The notes under the pieces: model-generated
What the model was told of the DNA's origin: nothing
The model's database searches: none
The model's input: only the letters and a program-made list of their open reading frames with translations
Origin: Candidatus Latescibacterota bacterium
Lineage (GTDB): Bacteria; Latescibacterota; CBDEFO01
Direction: 5' to 3'
DNA: 64,000 bases
NCBI GenBank assembly: GCA_965248755.1
Contig: OZ252149.1
Span: 2,816,001-2,880,000, forward strand
Shown here: positions 1-10,087 of the stretch, piece after piece
How positions within the stretch are numbered: position 1 is the first letter of the stretch
Layout of the letters: each line of letters begins with the position of its first letter
Made by a program: the position numbers and the translations under genes

Positions 1-188
1 TTCCTCATAACGGAGGCGCAGCCTGTGATCTCTTCCACAGATTCGCCCTTCAGTCTAAGTGCCACCAGAAACGCTCCTATCTGAGCGTCGGTCGCCTCCC
101 CCGACATGATCTGATTCATCACGCCACTGGCCTCTTCTCTGGTGAGATCCTCACCGGCTATGACCTTATTTATACCATCCCTTAGCAT
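1..188 (-). CDS. trpD: Anthranilate phosphoribosyltransferase, N-terminal part (runs off window start)
   Basis: Manual translation of the minus strand gives [62 protein letters not shown], a typical TrpD N-terminus, directly downstream of trpG. Confidence 0.93.
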   Translation of the reverse strand, partial: MLRDGINKVIAGEDLTREEASGVMNQIMSGEATDAQIGAFLVALRLKGESVEEITGCASVMR

Positions 189-204
189 AACTAATCTCCA
201 GGGC

Positions 205-768
205 TTAAGACTCCAAAAAGTTCTTCAACAGGTTTTTCCCCTCTTTGGTCAGGATCGACTCAGGGTGGAACTGCACTCCTTCGACTAACATATCCCTGTG
301 CCTTAATCCCATAATTAAACCGTCATCTGTCTCTGCCGACACCTCCAGACAGTCGGGAAGTGAGTCCCTTTCGACAATTAAAGAGTGATACCTTGTAGCA
401 GTGAACGGATTTTCCAAGTCCTTGAATATGGTCTTTCCGTCGTGATATATCTCAGATATCTTCCCGTGCATCAGATAGGGCGCCCTTAACACCTTCCCGC
501 CGAACGCCTGTCCCATAGTTTGATGTCCCAGACATACGCCCAAGATCGGGATCTTCACGCTAAAGTGTTTGATAAGATCGAGGGATATTCCCGCCTCGTT
601 CGGGGTGCAGGGACCAGGGGATATGACTATCTTATCTGGCCCCATATCCTCTATCTCCTCAAGGGTGATCTTATCGTTCCTGTAGACATCAAGTTCACCC
701 CCTAACTCGCCTAAATACTGAACGAGGTTATATGTGAATGAGTCGTAGTTGTCTATCATCAGTATCAT
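205..768 (-). CDS. trpG: Anthranilate synthase component II (glutamine amidotransferase)
   Basis: [30 protein letters not shown] and QFHPES motifs; lies between trpE and trpD. Confidence 0.95.
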   Translation of the reverse strand: MILMIDNYDSFTYNLVQYLGELGGELDVYRNDKITLEEIEDMGPDKIVISPGPCTPNEAGISLDLIKHFSVKIPILGVCLGHQTMGQAFGGKVLRAPYLMHGKISEIYHDGKTIFKDLENPFTATRYHSLIVERDSLPDCLEVSAETDDGLIMGLRHRDMLVEGVQFHPESILTKEGKNLLKNFLES

Positions 769-877
769 AGCTGTTACCCTTGAAGAAAGTAGACAGGTGA
801 GGTTGAATCGTCAGACAAGAATGTCTTACCCACCGGGTTTCACCCATTTGGATTACTGAAGTCCGAAGCCAAATATT

Positions 878-938
878 GTCATTGCGACCCCCCGATTGAA
901 TCTATCGGGGGCTAAATTGGGGGCAGAGAAGCAATCTC
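878..938. repeat. REP-like composite repeat (GTCATTGCG...CCCCGATTGAATCTATCGGGG...GAAGCAATCTC)
   Basis: The palindrome CCCCGAT-N7-ATCGGGG recurs near 10419, 35788, 42338, 45554, 52705 and 57885, with variants at 8053, 55053 and 56651. Confidence 0.8.
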
Positions 939-979
939 GTAGATAGCAGACAGGGCATTTGCCTCTCCCTGTATGCTGC

Positions 980-2476
980 CTAAAGGCTACTGTCGACTGT
1001 TATGTCTCCTCTTTCTGCCATCTGGATCGCGTTGATCAGTGCCTTGGCTTTGTTCACTGTCTCGGCAAATTCATTTTCCGGAACGGAATCTGCCACTATT
1101 CCGCCTCCTGCCTGAATGTAGGCAATACCGTCTTTGGCAACAAGGGTTCTTATGGAGATGCAGGTATCTAAGTTTCCTGAAAAGTCCAAATATCCCACAG
1201 CTCCCCCGTAGATGCCTCTCCTTGTCGGCTCCATCTCGTCTATTATCTCCATCGCCCTTATCTTAGGCGCTCCTGTCAGGGTCCCTGCAGGGAAACACGC
1301 AAAGAGGGCGTCCAACTCATCGAAGCCATCCCTTAATTTCCCCTTCACGTTAGACACGATGTGCATAACGTGCGAATATCTCTCCACCCTCATCTGCTCG
1401 GTCACTTCGACAGAACTGTACCTGCTGACTCGTCCGATGTCGTTCCTCCCCAGATCGAGCAACATAAGGTGCTCTGCCAACTCTTTTTCATCTGACAGGA
1501 GTTCTCTTTCGAGCTTTAGATCTTCCTCTTCGTTTTCGCCCCTTTTTCTTGTTCCAGCGATAGGTCGCGTTGTCACGATGCCGTCTTCCACTCTCACCAG
1601 AAGCTCAGGAGATGCCCCCACAATTGCCAGACCATCCATCGAAATGTGGAACATATAAGGAGACGGATTGACGATCCTCAGCATCCTGTAAATTTCAAAC
1701 GGATCAACGGATATCTCAGTCTGAAAGCGTTGAGATATGACTACCTGAACGATGTCTCCGGCCAAAATGTACTCCTTGCACCTTAATACCCTGTCTTTAT
1801 AATCCTCCTTTTTAAGGTTCGACACGACTTCACAGTGTCCTTTTCCCGCACGAGGAACACCATCCACCGATTTTGACAGCGCATTTTCCAACTTTGCAAT
1901 CACTTTTATGGCAGCATCGTATTTGTCCCTCAAATCCCCTTCGGAATCTACACGGACATTGGAGATCAAGATGATCTTATGAGCGATATTATCGAATGCA
2001 AGGATAGTATCGAAGAATAGAAAGACTATGTCATCCAAATTCAGATCGTCTATGTTGTCGTCGGGGATATCCTCTACCAACCTTATCCCATCGTAAGCCA
2101 CGTATCCCACTGCGCCGCCTGTAAACCTCGGCAGTCCCTTTAGATGAACGCCCCTGTGTCCCTCAACTAACTTTCTCAACTCTTTGATAGGGTCAGCTCT
2201 ATACTCCTCCTTTTTGCCTGAGGATAGATCTTTTATAACTACCCTTTTACCTCTTGATCGGAATATCTTAAATGGCCCCACGCCCAAAAAAGAATACCTT
2301 GCTATCTTCTCACCGCCCTCCACGCTTTCTAAAAGGAACGAATATTTACTTTGATGGCGTATCTTCAAATAGGCCGAAACCGGGGTCTCAGTGTCCGCCA
2401 GGATCTCCTTGAACACGGGGACTATATTCGCCTTGAAGGTGAGCCTTTCGAAATCCTCATAACTCGGTTCTATCAC
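980..2476 (-). CDS. trpE: Anthranilate synthase component I
   Basis: LLES, NPSPYM, GASPE, RPIAGT, AEHLMLLDLGRND and FPAGTLTGAPKIRAM motifs. Confidence 0.96.
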   Translation of the reverse strand: MIEPSYEDFERLTFKANIVPVFKEILADTETPVSAYLKIRHQSKYSFLLESVEGGEKIARYSFLGVGPFKIFRSRGKRVVIKDLSSGKKEEYRADPIKELRKLVEGHRGVHLKGLPRFTGGAVGYVAYDGIRLVEDIPDDNIDDLNLDDIVFLFFDTILAFDNIAHKIILISNVRVDSEGDLRDKYDAAIKVIAKLENALSKSVDGVPRAGKGHCEVVSNLKKEDYKDRVLRCKEYILAGDIVQVVISQRFQTEISVDPFEIYRMLRIVNPSPYMFHISMDGLAIVGASPELLVRVEDGIVTTRPIAGTRKRGENEEEDLKLERELLSDEKELAEHLMLLDLGRNDIGRVSRYSSVEVTEQMRVERYSHVMHIVSNVKGKLRDGFDELDALFACFPAGTLTGAPKIRAMEIIDEMEPTRRGIYGGAVGYLDFSGNLDTCISIRTLVAKDGIAYIQAGGGIVADSVPENEFAETVNKAKALINAIQMAERGDITVDSSL

Positions 2477-2518
2477 ATCTAAGTTCCTACTTTATGAGTG
2501 GACAGTGCATCTGGCAGA

Positions 2519-2578
2519 GGCGAACCCACGGGTAGTGGACAGGGAGATGTGGCAACAAGCCACGAAGTGGTTACGCCC
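2519..2578 (+). repeat. Dispersed intergenic repeat with core CAAGCCACGAAGTGG
   Basis: Core at 2556-2570 and 59244-59258, partial at 27792-27805 and 56704-56714, inverted at 19714-19728. Confidence 0.75.
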
Positions 2579-2667
2579 GATTTATCCGTATTTTCAGGGC
2601 AGACCTGAGTGTCTGCCGCTACTTACCGTACTTACTTTTCTCCATAGAATCGCTCTTCCGTTATAAT

Positions 2668-4041
2668 CTATCTATGCCTGACAGTATACTCCACTTTCTC
2701 CTCTCCTCCCGCTTTCACCGGAACGTTAAACTCCAGAGTCTGAGCGTCCTTCTTCTTAAAACCGTGCGACTTTTTGGGTATCTCCCAAAAACCCCATATG
2801 TGCTCTACCACTACGACCTCTATGTCTTTGTCCTTATGATTCCTTAAAGTTATCTTCACATCTTCGTCATATATCCTATCTGTGATCTTCCTTCTATATG
2901 CGACTATCCTCTCGCCTACAACGTCAAACGCATCGCCTAATATAAGCCGAACCTCCTCATCCACCGGCGTATGATCTATCTTATCCTCCCCGATGAACTC
3001 CAGCGACTCGTCCACATCCTTTTTGTAGACCCTCACTTTGCCGCCCGGAAGCGGCATCCCCATTCCTGCTTTTTTGCTATTGTTAAATTCTAACTTCACC
3101 TTCACCTTTTTATTGTTTCTAACTCCGTCGTAGTAATAGACCTTCCTGGATTTCACCTCTGTGTTGGGAAATAGAGAAAGCTGTTTGATCTGATTATCTT
3201 TGATAGTGGTCTTTCTATCCAAAGAGTAGAGATGGTATTCGAAGAAGGCCCTCTCCTCGAACTGAGGAACAGCGGCCTTTGCCATAACCTCGAAACGCCT
3301 TCTTCTGAACTCAACTTCCTCCTTGACTCTGTGTACATCCCCCGCCACAAGCTTGACCTGCGCGTCCTTGTAATCCGTCCCGGAGCGATTATCTATCGTC
3401 ACCCATCCTCCTAACTCGGTCTTCTTCTCATCTTTTCCCACAACCGTCACGTACTCAGCGTGCCATTCGATTCCCGATGTCAGGTAACTTATCTCCCCTA
3501 AATGTTCATCGGCCTTTTCCGACTCCAAGAGCCATACTAAAGTCGGCTTTGTGATCAGTTCTACACCCTCGATCTCTTGCAATTGGATATTCTTAATCGT
3601 CTCTAATTTAACTATCCTGATCTGGTCTACACCCATCAACACAATATCCCCGTCCTTGAAGCTGATCAGCGTGCCCTCGTGGAGCTTTTCTCCCTTTGCT
3701 AAAATGCTAACGTTTCTGTCCAGGTACTTCTCCAGGATCTTCATAGGACTAGATAGGTCGTATTCATAATTCTGTTCTAATATAGCCACTCCATCGGGAT
3801 CGGTAAGCGATTTAAAATGCACAGATGTGGGGTCTATGCTCGAAGCTACATCTGCAAACTTTACCAGGTTTGCCCCTTTCTCTAACTCTATCTTCCTTAC
3901 CTCTTTGACTAACGCCAAGTCCTGATTGTAAACTGTCAGCGCTGTCGTCTCGTTTTGGGACTCTCCGGTTCCACAGAAGAAGTGCAGCGATAAGAGTACC
4001 GCTGCAACGCGGAGTGGTCGCACCACTATCAAAGCACTCAT
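2668..4041 (-). CDS. Secreted DUF4139-family protein
   Basis: Signal-like N-terminus; LTVYNQDLALVKE, ILEQNYEYDL, SYLTSGIEWHAEY, LVAGDVHRV, EYHLYSL, GMPLPGGKVRVY and IDHTP motifs. Confidence 0.8.
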   Translation of the reverse strand: MSALIVVRPLRVAAVLLSLHFFCGTGESQNETTALTVYNQDLALVKEVRKIELEKGANLVKFADVASSIDPTSVHFKSLTDPDGVAILEQNYEYDLSSPMKILEKYLDRNVSILAKGEKLHEGTLISFKDGDIVLMGVDQIRIVKLETIKNIQLQEIEGVELITKPTLVWLLESEKADEHLGEISYLTSGIEWHAEYVTVVGKDEKKTELGGWVTIDNRSGTDYKDAQVKLVAGDVHRVKEEVEFRRRRFEVMAKAAVPQFEERAFFEYHLYSLDRKTTIKDNQIKQLSLFPNTEVKSRKVYYYDGVRNNKKVKVKLEFNNSKKAGMGMPLPGGKVRVYKKDVDESLEFIGEDKIDHTPVDEEVRLILGDAFDVVGERIVAYRRKITDRIYDEDVKITLRNHKDKDIEVVVVEHIWGFWEIPKKSHGFKKKDAQTLEFNVPVKAGGEEKVEYTVRHR

Positions 4042-4130
4042 AGCTATATGCCCTCTAAAACGATGTTAGTCGAAGTCTTTTATAAACTTAACATAACATT
4101 CCTGATACACAGTTGTCAAGGGAAATCAAC

Positions 4131-4170
4131 AAAAAAGCCGCAGGCATTCAAGTTATGCCCACGGCTTTTT
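4131..4170. terminator. Bidirectional intrinsic terminator
   Basis: AAAAAAGCCGCAGGCAT-TCAAGTT-ATGCCCACGGCTTTTT: GC-rich stem flanked by A and T tracts. Confidence 0.7.
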
Positions 4171-4421
4171 ATCTTCTGCGATATATACGGCTATCTTAAC
4201 TTACGAGCCATGGACATATTCCTCCCCAGTTATACCAGCGGCTGTAATAAATTCCGTAGAAAGGGAGTGAAAATTCCATCAAGCTCTCCTTTTTCTCCAA
4301 TGTCGTCCAAATTTGCTCTTGGACTGTGTGTTGAAACTACATATATAATAATCAATATCTGTCGCTTTGTCAAGGGGAAAAGTATGAAGTTATATTCACC
4401 ATAACCACATCTGATACCTTA

Positions 4422-5780
4422 TTATTTATTTTTATATAAAACTATTACCCTTCTGATATTTTCTAAATTTGTCATAGTTCCAATTAAAATAAGAGCTAAG
4501 AGGGGCTGATTCATTAAGGCACCTACAAAAATAATAAATGTTCTAACATCACGACGTATTCTGAATGAAAAATCTTCTGAACCAATTCTTCTGTTCAGCA
4601 GTCTATTCCTCAAACTATAATACTTGTCTGCAGTATAACTGTTCATAAAAGATCCCATTATTGCCAAAAAACCAATCGCAATGTACAAGAAATTATTATT
4701 CAAGACATAAACATAATAAGTTAAACTAAATAAAAGAAATCCATCAGCATATCTATCCAATACTGCATCAAACCATCCACCGAATGTCGTAGCTTGAAAT
4801 CTTAGTCTTGCTACTTCACCATCACAGCCATCAACGATTGATGAGATTTGCGCAAGAATTCCGCCAATAACTAAATTAACATACCCACCTAAAAAGAAGA
4901 AATATGCACCCAACATAGAAATGATAAAAGGAAAAAAAGAAATAAAATTTGGAGTTATGCTAGTTTTTATAAGATACTTTGAAATAATAGTTGATATAGG
5001 TCTATTTACATACCTTGAAACAGGACCATCGGAAGTTTTTTTCAGATTAGTCATAAGCTTGTCGGATGCTTTTTTTAAATCCTCCTGCGTATCTATATCT
5101 GTCCACCAAAGCTCGATGTTTTTTCTCATCTTTGAGGAGTAACTTTCGATCTTGGTAATATCAAATATCTCAGCGTCTCCATTTTTGGTGGCTTTTTTGA
5201 TACTGTCCCTAAGTTCTCCTTTTTTCTCATTTGCCGCCTCTTCAATATAAGAAAATATCTTCGGTGAACATAAAAAGATGCCCGTATCTACGCAGTTTGA
5301 CTCCCTTATGTTCTTACCTATATCGACGATCTTCCCATTTCTTTCCAGGACTTTCGTATCCTCTTTGCACGGCTCTTTTCTATCGACTGCTAAAACCACA
5401 GAACTTTTCATATCACATTTTACAAGTTCATTTAAGATACGATCATCAAAGATATGGTCTGACATCAAAAGGACGAAGTTCTCATTCAACGCCTCTCTCG
5501 CCTTTAAAACGGAGACTCCATTTTCTTCCTTTTGCCATTCCTTATTCTCAATATAATCTATTTTTACTCCGAGTCTCTCTCCGTCTCCTAACTTTTCTTT
5601 TATTTTGTCCCCACGATAACCGACAACTATCAAAAATTCGTGAATATCCGCTTGTTTTGCAGTTAACACTGTTCTTTCAATCAATGATAAACCTAAGAGT
5701 TGGATTAGCGGTTTTGGTTTATCTTTAGTTAGATCGCCTAATCTACCACCGTCTCCAGCGGCTATTATCAACGCTTCCAT
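4422..5780 (-). CDS. Bifunctional sugar/inositol-phosphate cytidylyltransferase + CDP-alcohol phosphotransferase (IPCT/DIPPS-like)
   Basis: N-terminal IIAAGDGGRL...KPKPL nucleotidyltransferase with MSDH and WTDIDT; C-terminal DGPVSRYVNRPIS, ITPN and DGCDGEVAR...GGWFDAVLDRYAD CDP-alcohol motif. Confidence 0.85.
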   Translation of the reverse strand: MEALIIAAGDGGRLGDLTKDKPKPLIQLLGLSLIERTVLTAKQADIHEFLIVVGYRGDKIKEKLGDGERLGVKIDYIENKEWQKEENGVSVLKAREALNENFVLLMSDHIFDDRILNELVKCDMKSSVVLAVDRKEPCKEDTKVLERNGKIVDIGKNIRESNCVDTGIFLCSPKIFSYIEEAANEKKGELRDSIKKATKNGDAEIFDITKIESYSSKMRKNIELWWTDIDTQEDLKKASDKLMTNLKKTSDGPVSRYVNRPISTIISKYLIKTSITPNFISFFPFIISMLGAYFFFLGGYVNLVIGGILAQISSIVDGCDGEVARLRFQATTFGGWFDAVLDRYADGFLLFSLTYYVYVLNNNFLYIAIGFLAIMGSFMNSYTADKYYSLRNRLLNRRIGSEDFSFRIRRDVRTFIIFVGALMNQPLLALILIGTMTNLENIRRVIVLYKNK

Positions 5781-6000
5781 ACATGTCCTCCTTCAAGTCT
5801 TCAAAATATTCCTTCTGATCTTATAGGAAGATACGAAGTGAGGTGTTTGATGTCAATAGAGACTGGGGGAAATAATCCGTTGGCCAATCTTTTTTACTCC
5901 TCTCAACGTCTACTCATTGCCCTCGCTGCACTTCCCATGCAACGCTCTCGACGGCGGTTCTCTGAACTCTACAAAGGGTATCGTTACAGAGTATAGGGTA

Positions 6001-6230
6001 CTAACCAATCCTCTTCAATCTCCAGGCCGACTCCCGGTCCGTCATTTCAGGCGATATAGCTGTCATGGGATGGCCGTAAGAAGCCCTTCCCAATCCCCAC
6101 ATCTCGTCTTCGACCGTCACCTTCACCCAGACATCTCCGAAGTTGGACGTCCAGCTTCGGAGGTGCCTCTTGCACGTGGGATACCTCGACATTGGGAGTT
6201 GGGACCTCGGAGTCTTCCGCTCAGAACGTA
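6001..6230 (-). pseudogene. Remnant of an enolase-superfamily (L-rhamnonate/sugar-acid dehydratase-like) N-terminus
   Basis: AEDSEVPTP joins by a frameshift to MSRYP...RSW...VWVKVTVEDEMWGLG...GHPMTAI; truncated. Confidence 0.55.
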
Positions 6231-6268
6231 CACCTCAGCTATGTCATTGGTGCTTCTCATGGAGAGCC

Positions 6269-7189
6269 TTAACGTTCACTGGCTCTATCTTCTTGATCTC
6301 CCTTATTCTCTCCTTGCCTTGTTAATGTCTGGATGAACCTCTCAGCCGGAACAGTAAGGACTTTTCCCCTTTTATGAATGATTCCAAGCGGTCGCTTGAA
6401 CCTCTTATCTTTGAAATCTATCGCCTTGAGCGTACCGTGTTCGATCTCCTGTTCCACCGTTACCGATGGGACGATGGAGACTCCTAAGTCGGCTTCAACA
6501 GCGTGCTTTAGCATCTCCACGTTGTCGATTTCCATGGAAATCTCAACTTGAACCTTATGATCTTTCAGGATCTTGTCTATTGCCCTCCTTGTGGGAGTGT
6601 CCTTCTCGAACGCCACGAATCTCTGTCCCTGCAACATCTCCACGTCTAACTTATCAAATCTTGATAGAGGATGGTCGGGATTGGATATGACCACTAACTC
6701 ATCCTCCTTAAAAGGAATTGTCTCGATCCCGCCTTTTCTGACCGGATAGACCACAATCCCCAGATCGATCTTGTTATTTATCACGTTTTCGTATATCTGA
6801 TCTGCCCGGTCGTAATCCAGGATCACGTTTACCTGCGGGTACTTACTGAAAAATGTCTTCAGATACGATGAAAGCTCGTGTATCCCAACGCTGTATATGG
6901 CCTCCACCTTTATTGTCCCTGCAACCACGCCCGATAGCTCCTGAAGCGCAGATTCCATCTCATCGTATCTTTGAACCATATCCTTACATCCCTTATAGAA
7001 TATCTCCCCCGCCGGAGTCAAATTCAGACCGCGTTTTCCCCTTTCCACAAGCTTATGACCGAAGGTCTCCTCTACCTTCTTTATCTGCTGACTGACAGCC
7101 GACTGGGAGACGAAATTGCTGCTTGCCGCCCTGGAAAAGCTTCCGCTCTCGACCAGATCGCAGAAGATCTTCAGACTCTCTATAAGCAT
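6269..7189 (-). CDS. LysR-family transcriptional regulator (CysL/CmpR-like)
   Basis: HTH motif GSFSRAA...VSQSAVSQQIKKVE...LTPAGE plus a LysR substrate-binding domain; 306 aa. Confidence 0.93.
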   Translation of the reverse strand: MLIESLKIFCDLVESGSFSRAASSNFVSQSAVSQQIKKVEETFGHKLVERGKRGLNLTPAGEIFYKGCKDMVQRYDEMESALQELSGVVAGTIKVEAIYSVGIHELSSYLKTFFSKYPQVNVILDYDRADQIYENVINNKIDLGIVVYPVRKGGIETIPFKEDELVVISNPDHPLSRFDKLDVEMLQGQRFVAFEKDTPTRRAIDKILKDHKVQVEISMEIDNVEMLKHAVEADLGVSIVPSVTVEQEIEHGTLKAIDFKDKRFKRPLGIIHKRGKVLTVPAERFIQTLTRQGENKGDQEDRASER

Positions 7190-7277
7190 AGTTAAGCACC
7201 TTTTTCTAAGCGTGTTTAAGGCGCGGTATGGCTCTACATTTGGGTTGCTACTGTCAGACTCTAATGGATCGCCTAAT

Positions 7278-7314
7278 ATTAGTTTATTTAATAATAAGCA
7301 TTAAATCAATTAAT
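7278..7314. promoter_or_regulatory. Two tandem LysR-type boxes ATTA-N7-TAAT
   Basis: ATTAGTTTATTTAAT (7278-7292) and ATTAAATCAATTAAT (7300-7314), 22 bp apart, upstream of the LysR gene. Confidence 0.65.
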
Positions 7315-7589
7315 TTGACTTATAATACCAATTATGACAACTTCATTAATAGGTAATAGAGACATCGGAAATACAAAGGAAATACAAACCTTAAATCATA
7401 ATAGAAGAGGTGAAAAACTGTGAAATCACACATGTTGATAGAGCATATAAGCCTGGTTGCACTTATATCAGCGTTTGCGCTGTATGCCTTCTACAGCGTT
7501 GCTGTCTTGTTCTAGTGCATAAGGCTTCAACGCCAATCTTACAGAAGGTGGGAAGCTCCGGCCTTTGGGTCGGAGCTTTTCCATTTTCT

Positions 7590-7756
7590 CTCCCACACCT
7601 TCCGTAGAGTATCCTCCTGCTGGCTTCAAGTTCAGACCGTGTTTCCTCTCTCCACAAGCTTATGACCGAACGTCTCCTCTACCTTCTTTATCTGCTGACT
7701 GACAACCGACTTGGAGACAGAATTGCAGCTTGCTGGCGCCGAAAAGCTTCCGCTCT
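7590..7756 (-). pseudogene. Degenerate duplicate of the LysR HTH-coding region
   Basis: Near-identical to about 6980-7150 (e.g. tccacaagcttatgaccgaa.gtctcctctaccttctttatctgctgactgaca); no intact start. Confidence 0.85.
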
Positions 7757-7910
7757 TGTAGGTTCATGCCTCCGAGGGATGATTGTAGACGCTTCTTGTT
7801 GTAGTCCTCAATCCATTGGGATATGATATGATCTGTTCGAAGGACTCCAAACGGTTAGACCAAACACACTTTTTATTCAGGTTCCAGAAAAAACGTTTCC
7901 CGTTGTCCAC
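7757..7910 (-). mobile_element. IS3-family transposase (integrase core) C-terminal remnant
   Basis: Minus-strand fragments KRFFWNLNKKCVWSNRLESFEQ and WIEDYNKKRLQSSLGGMN match the IS3 pattern ERFF.SLK.E...W...YN..R.HSSLG; frameshifted. Confidence 0.65.
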
Positions 7911-8239
7911 TCATACGCCTGCTAGTAGCCGATGCCATTTTCCCGATACATCCGCTCTTTTCAAAAGATCCAACACGACCTCTGCCTTTCTAAATGTTGT
8001 ACAACTCTAACTATCTTTCGCTACAGGGATTGACATCTTTTTGACCTCCTTTCCCCGATAGCATCACTCGGGGACAAGCCTCAAACCCCAATTTGCATAA
8101 TATGTGTGGATTTGTCAAGAGCAACAGTGTGACACATGCTTTGCTTCTGTATTGTCTTGACATTCAAAACTATCAGGTGTATTTTGGTTATGGGCCACAG
8201 ATTATGCACTGCTCTTGTGCCTCCGGGGAAAGGTCGCCT

Positions 8240-9079
8240 TTGAGAACACTTATCGCTCTCATACAACTTACAAGACCCTTAAACTGTCTGATCTGTTTTT
8301 TCTCCGTGATCGTAGGTGCAGCAGCGTCGGGGACTATAGCTTCGCCTCTTAAAGCTATAGTTGCCGCCTTTTCTGCAACTCTTATCGCCGCAGCTGGCAA
8401 TGGCTTTAACGACCTTTCTGACGTGGAAGCCGACAGGATAGATAAACCCCACCGTCCTATACCGGCCGAGGTAGTCACAAAGCGCACCGCTTCTATTCAA
8501 TCTACGTTGCTCTTCATCGGCGGTATGCTCCTGTCGTTCCTTATAAATAAAGGGGCAGTTGTCGTAGCTTTTGCAACAACTCTTCTTCTGATTCAATATA
8601 GCATTAGATTAAAATCTATTCCGCTGGTGGGTAATTTTACGGTCAGTTGCGTTGCAGCTTTAGCCTTTGTCTACGGGGGACTTTCTACCGGAAACATATA
8701 CGCATCCTTTATACCCGCACTATTTGCCATCCTTTTCCACCTTGGACGGGAGATCATCAAAGACGTAGAAGACATCCAGGGGGACATGCACTCCAATTAT
8801 TCCACTTTCCCCGTTGTCAAAGGCAAAAAAGCGGCGTTTGCAGCCGCTACCGCCGTCTACACTATTCTTATGCTTCTGACTCTTGTGCCCTACCCACTTC
8901 GCATCTACGGTTCGGCCTATTTAGTCGTTGTGCTTGTGGGGGTGCATCCTGTGCTCATATATGTTATCAGATCTATGTGGAAGGATGATTCCTCCGCCAA
9001 CCTCAAAAGACTCAACACTATCCTCAAAGCCGATATGGTTGTCGGTCTTGTTGCTGTCCTTGTTGGAGCTAACGTCTGA
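8240..9079 (+). CDS. UbiA prenyltransferase, DGGGP-synthase-like subfamily
   Basis: LTRPLN, NDLSDVEADRIDKPHRPIP, REIIKDVEDIQGD; multi-pass membrane protein. TTG start at 8240 preferred over the track start at 8093. Confidence 0.85.
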   Translation: MRTLIALIQLTRPLNCLICFFSVIVGAAASGTIASPLKAIVAAFSATLIAAAGNGFNDLSDVEADRIDKPHRPIPAEVVTKRTASIQSTLLFIGGMLLSFLINKGAVVVAFATTLLLIQYSIRLKSIPLVGNFTVSCVAALAFVYGGLSTGNIYASFIPALFAILFHLGREIIKDVEDIQGDMHSNYSTFPVVKGKKAAFAAATAVYTILMLLTLVPYPLRIYGSAYLVVVLVGVHPVLIYVIRSMWKDDSSANLKRLNTILKADMVVGLVAVLVGANV

Positions 9080-9081
9080 AG

Positions 9082-9912
9082 TTGGAGAGCCAGTTGGAGA
9101 AGGTCTCTGGATTCTGGATAGGTCTCATACTTGCTGCTTTAGTAGCCACTCTTTCATACAGAGTCCGATTTCTGACTGTCAGTGGCTCAGTCGGAGCGCT
9201 TGTTTTAGGAACTGTTATCTTCGGATTAGGAGGACTGCCATGGGTTTTTGCTCTTCTTGTCTTTTTCTTGGCATCAAGTCTCCTATCCAAACTCGGCGCA
9301 GAGAGGAAAAAGGATTTCAGGGCTGTCTTTGAAAAGGCATCGACTAGGGATCTTGCCCAGGTTCTGGCCAACGGAGGTATCCCCGGGGCTATAGTGCTAG
9401 CGAACGCTCTTTTGCCATCGCCGATCTGGTGTACAGCATATTTAGGGGCCCTTGCCACTGCCACAGCCGACACGTGGGGGACAGAGATAGGCATCCTCTC
9501 GACCTCCCGCCCTCGTCTTATAACTGACCTTAAAACAGTTGATCCCGGAACATCGGGAGCCGTTTCTTTTATTGGATTTACAGGGTCCGTTCTCGGTTCT
9601 CTCCTTATCGCCTCTACGGGATTGGCCTTTTACCCCTATTTGAATGTCCTGAACTTGACAGCTATCTGGCTTGCTGGAATTGCAGGGGCCCTCGCAGACA
9701 GTCTTTTGGGAGCGACTCTACAGCGGGAATATATGTGCTCCAAATGTCTCCAAACGACAGAGCGCCCTTTTCACTGTGAAGAGACGTCCTGTCGTTTAAC
9801 TTCTGGGATAAGCTGGCTTGGAAATGATGCTGTCAATGCCCTATCGTCCCTCTATGGAGCCGTCTTTGCCTTGATAGTAGATAGGCTATTAGACCTGTTT
9901 ATTTCCCTCTAA
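9082..9912 (+). CDS. DUF92 (TMEM19/VTE6-like) membrane protein
   Basis: RDLAQVLANG, ATADTWGTEIG, PGTSGAVS, DSLLGATLQ, a C-terminal CxxC..H-C segment and NDAVN; starts 2 nt after the UbiA stop. Confidence 0.9.
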   Translation: MESQLEKVSGFWIGLILAALVATLSYRVRFLTVSGSVGALVLGTVIFGLGGLPWVFALLVFFLASSLLSKLGAERKKDFRAVFEKASTRDLAQVLANGGIPGAIVLANALLPSPIWCTAYLGALATATADTWGTEIGILSTSRPRLITDLKTVDPGTSGAVSFIGFTGSVLGSLLIASTGLAFYPYLNVLNLTAIWLAGIAGALADSLLGATLQREYMCSKCLQTTERPFHCEETSCRLTSGISWLGNDAVNALSSLYGAVFALIVDRLLDLFISL

Positions 9913-9938
9913 AAGTTTGCGAAGGCATATCTTTTTAC

Positions 9939-9967
9939 TTGACATAAGTTTCATATTGTATTATGAT
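9939..9967 (+). promoter_or_regulatory. Sigma70-type promoter upstream of the HU/IHF gene
   Basis: TTGACA-17 nt-TATGAT. Confidence 0.65.
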
Positions 9968-10087
9968 TATGGAAGCCCTCAATAGAGGTTGAAATTACAG
10001 GTACTGAAGCAGAAGGGATGAAAAATTGAGCAGGTGATAGGAATATCAGAAAAGTTGTGGAGAGGATTAAAAAGAAAGGAACCGCTT

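Noticed and set aside
2477..2667. trp attenuator or leader peptide upstream of trpE
   Set aside because: The region is filled by dispersed repeats; I saw no Trp-codon leader with a terminator.
4048..4404. 118-aa plus-strand ORF
   Set aside because: It runs through a terminator hairpin and has no RBS or recognisable motifs.
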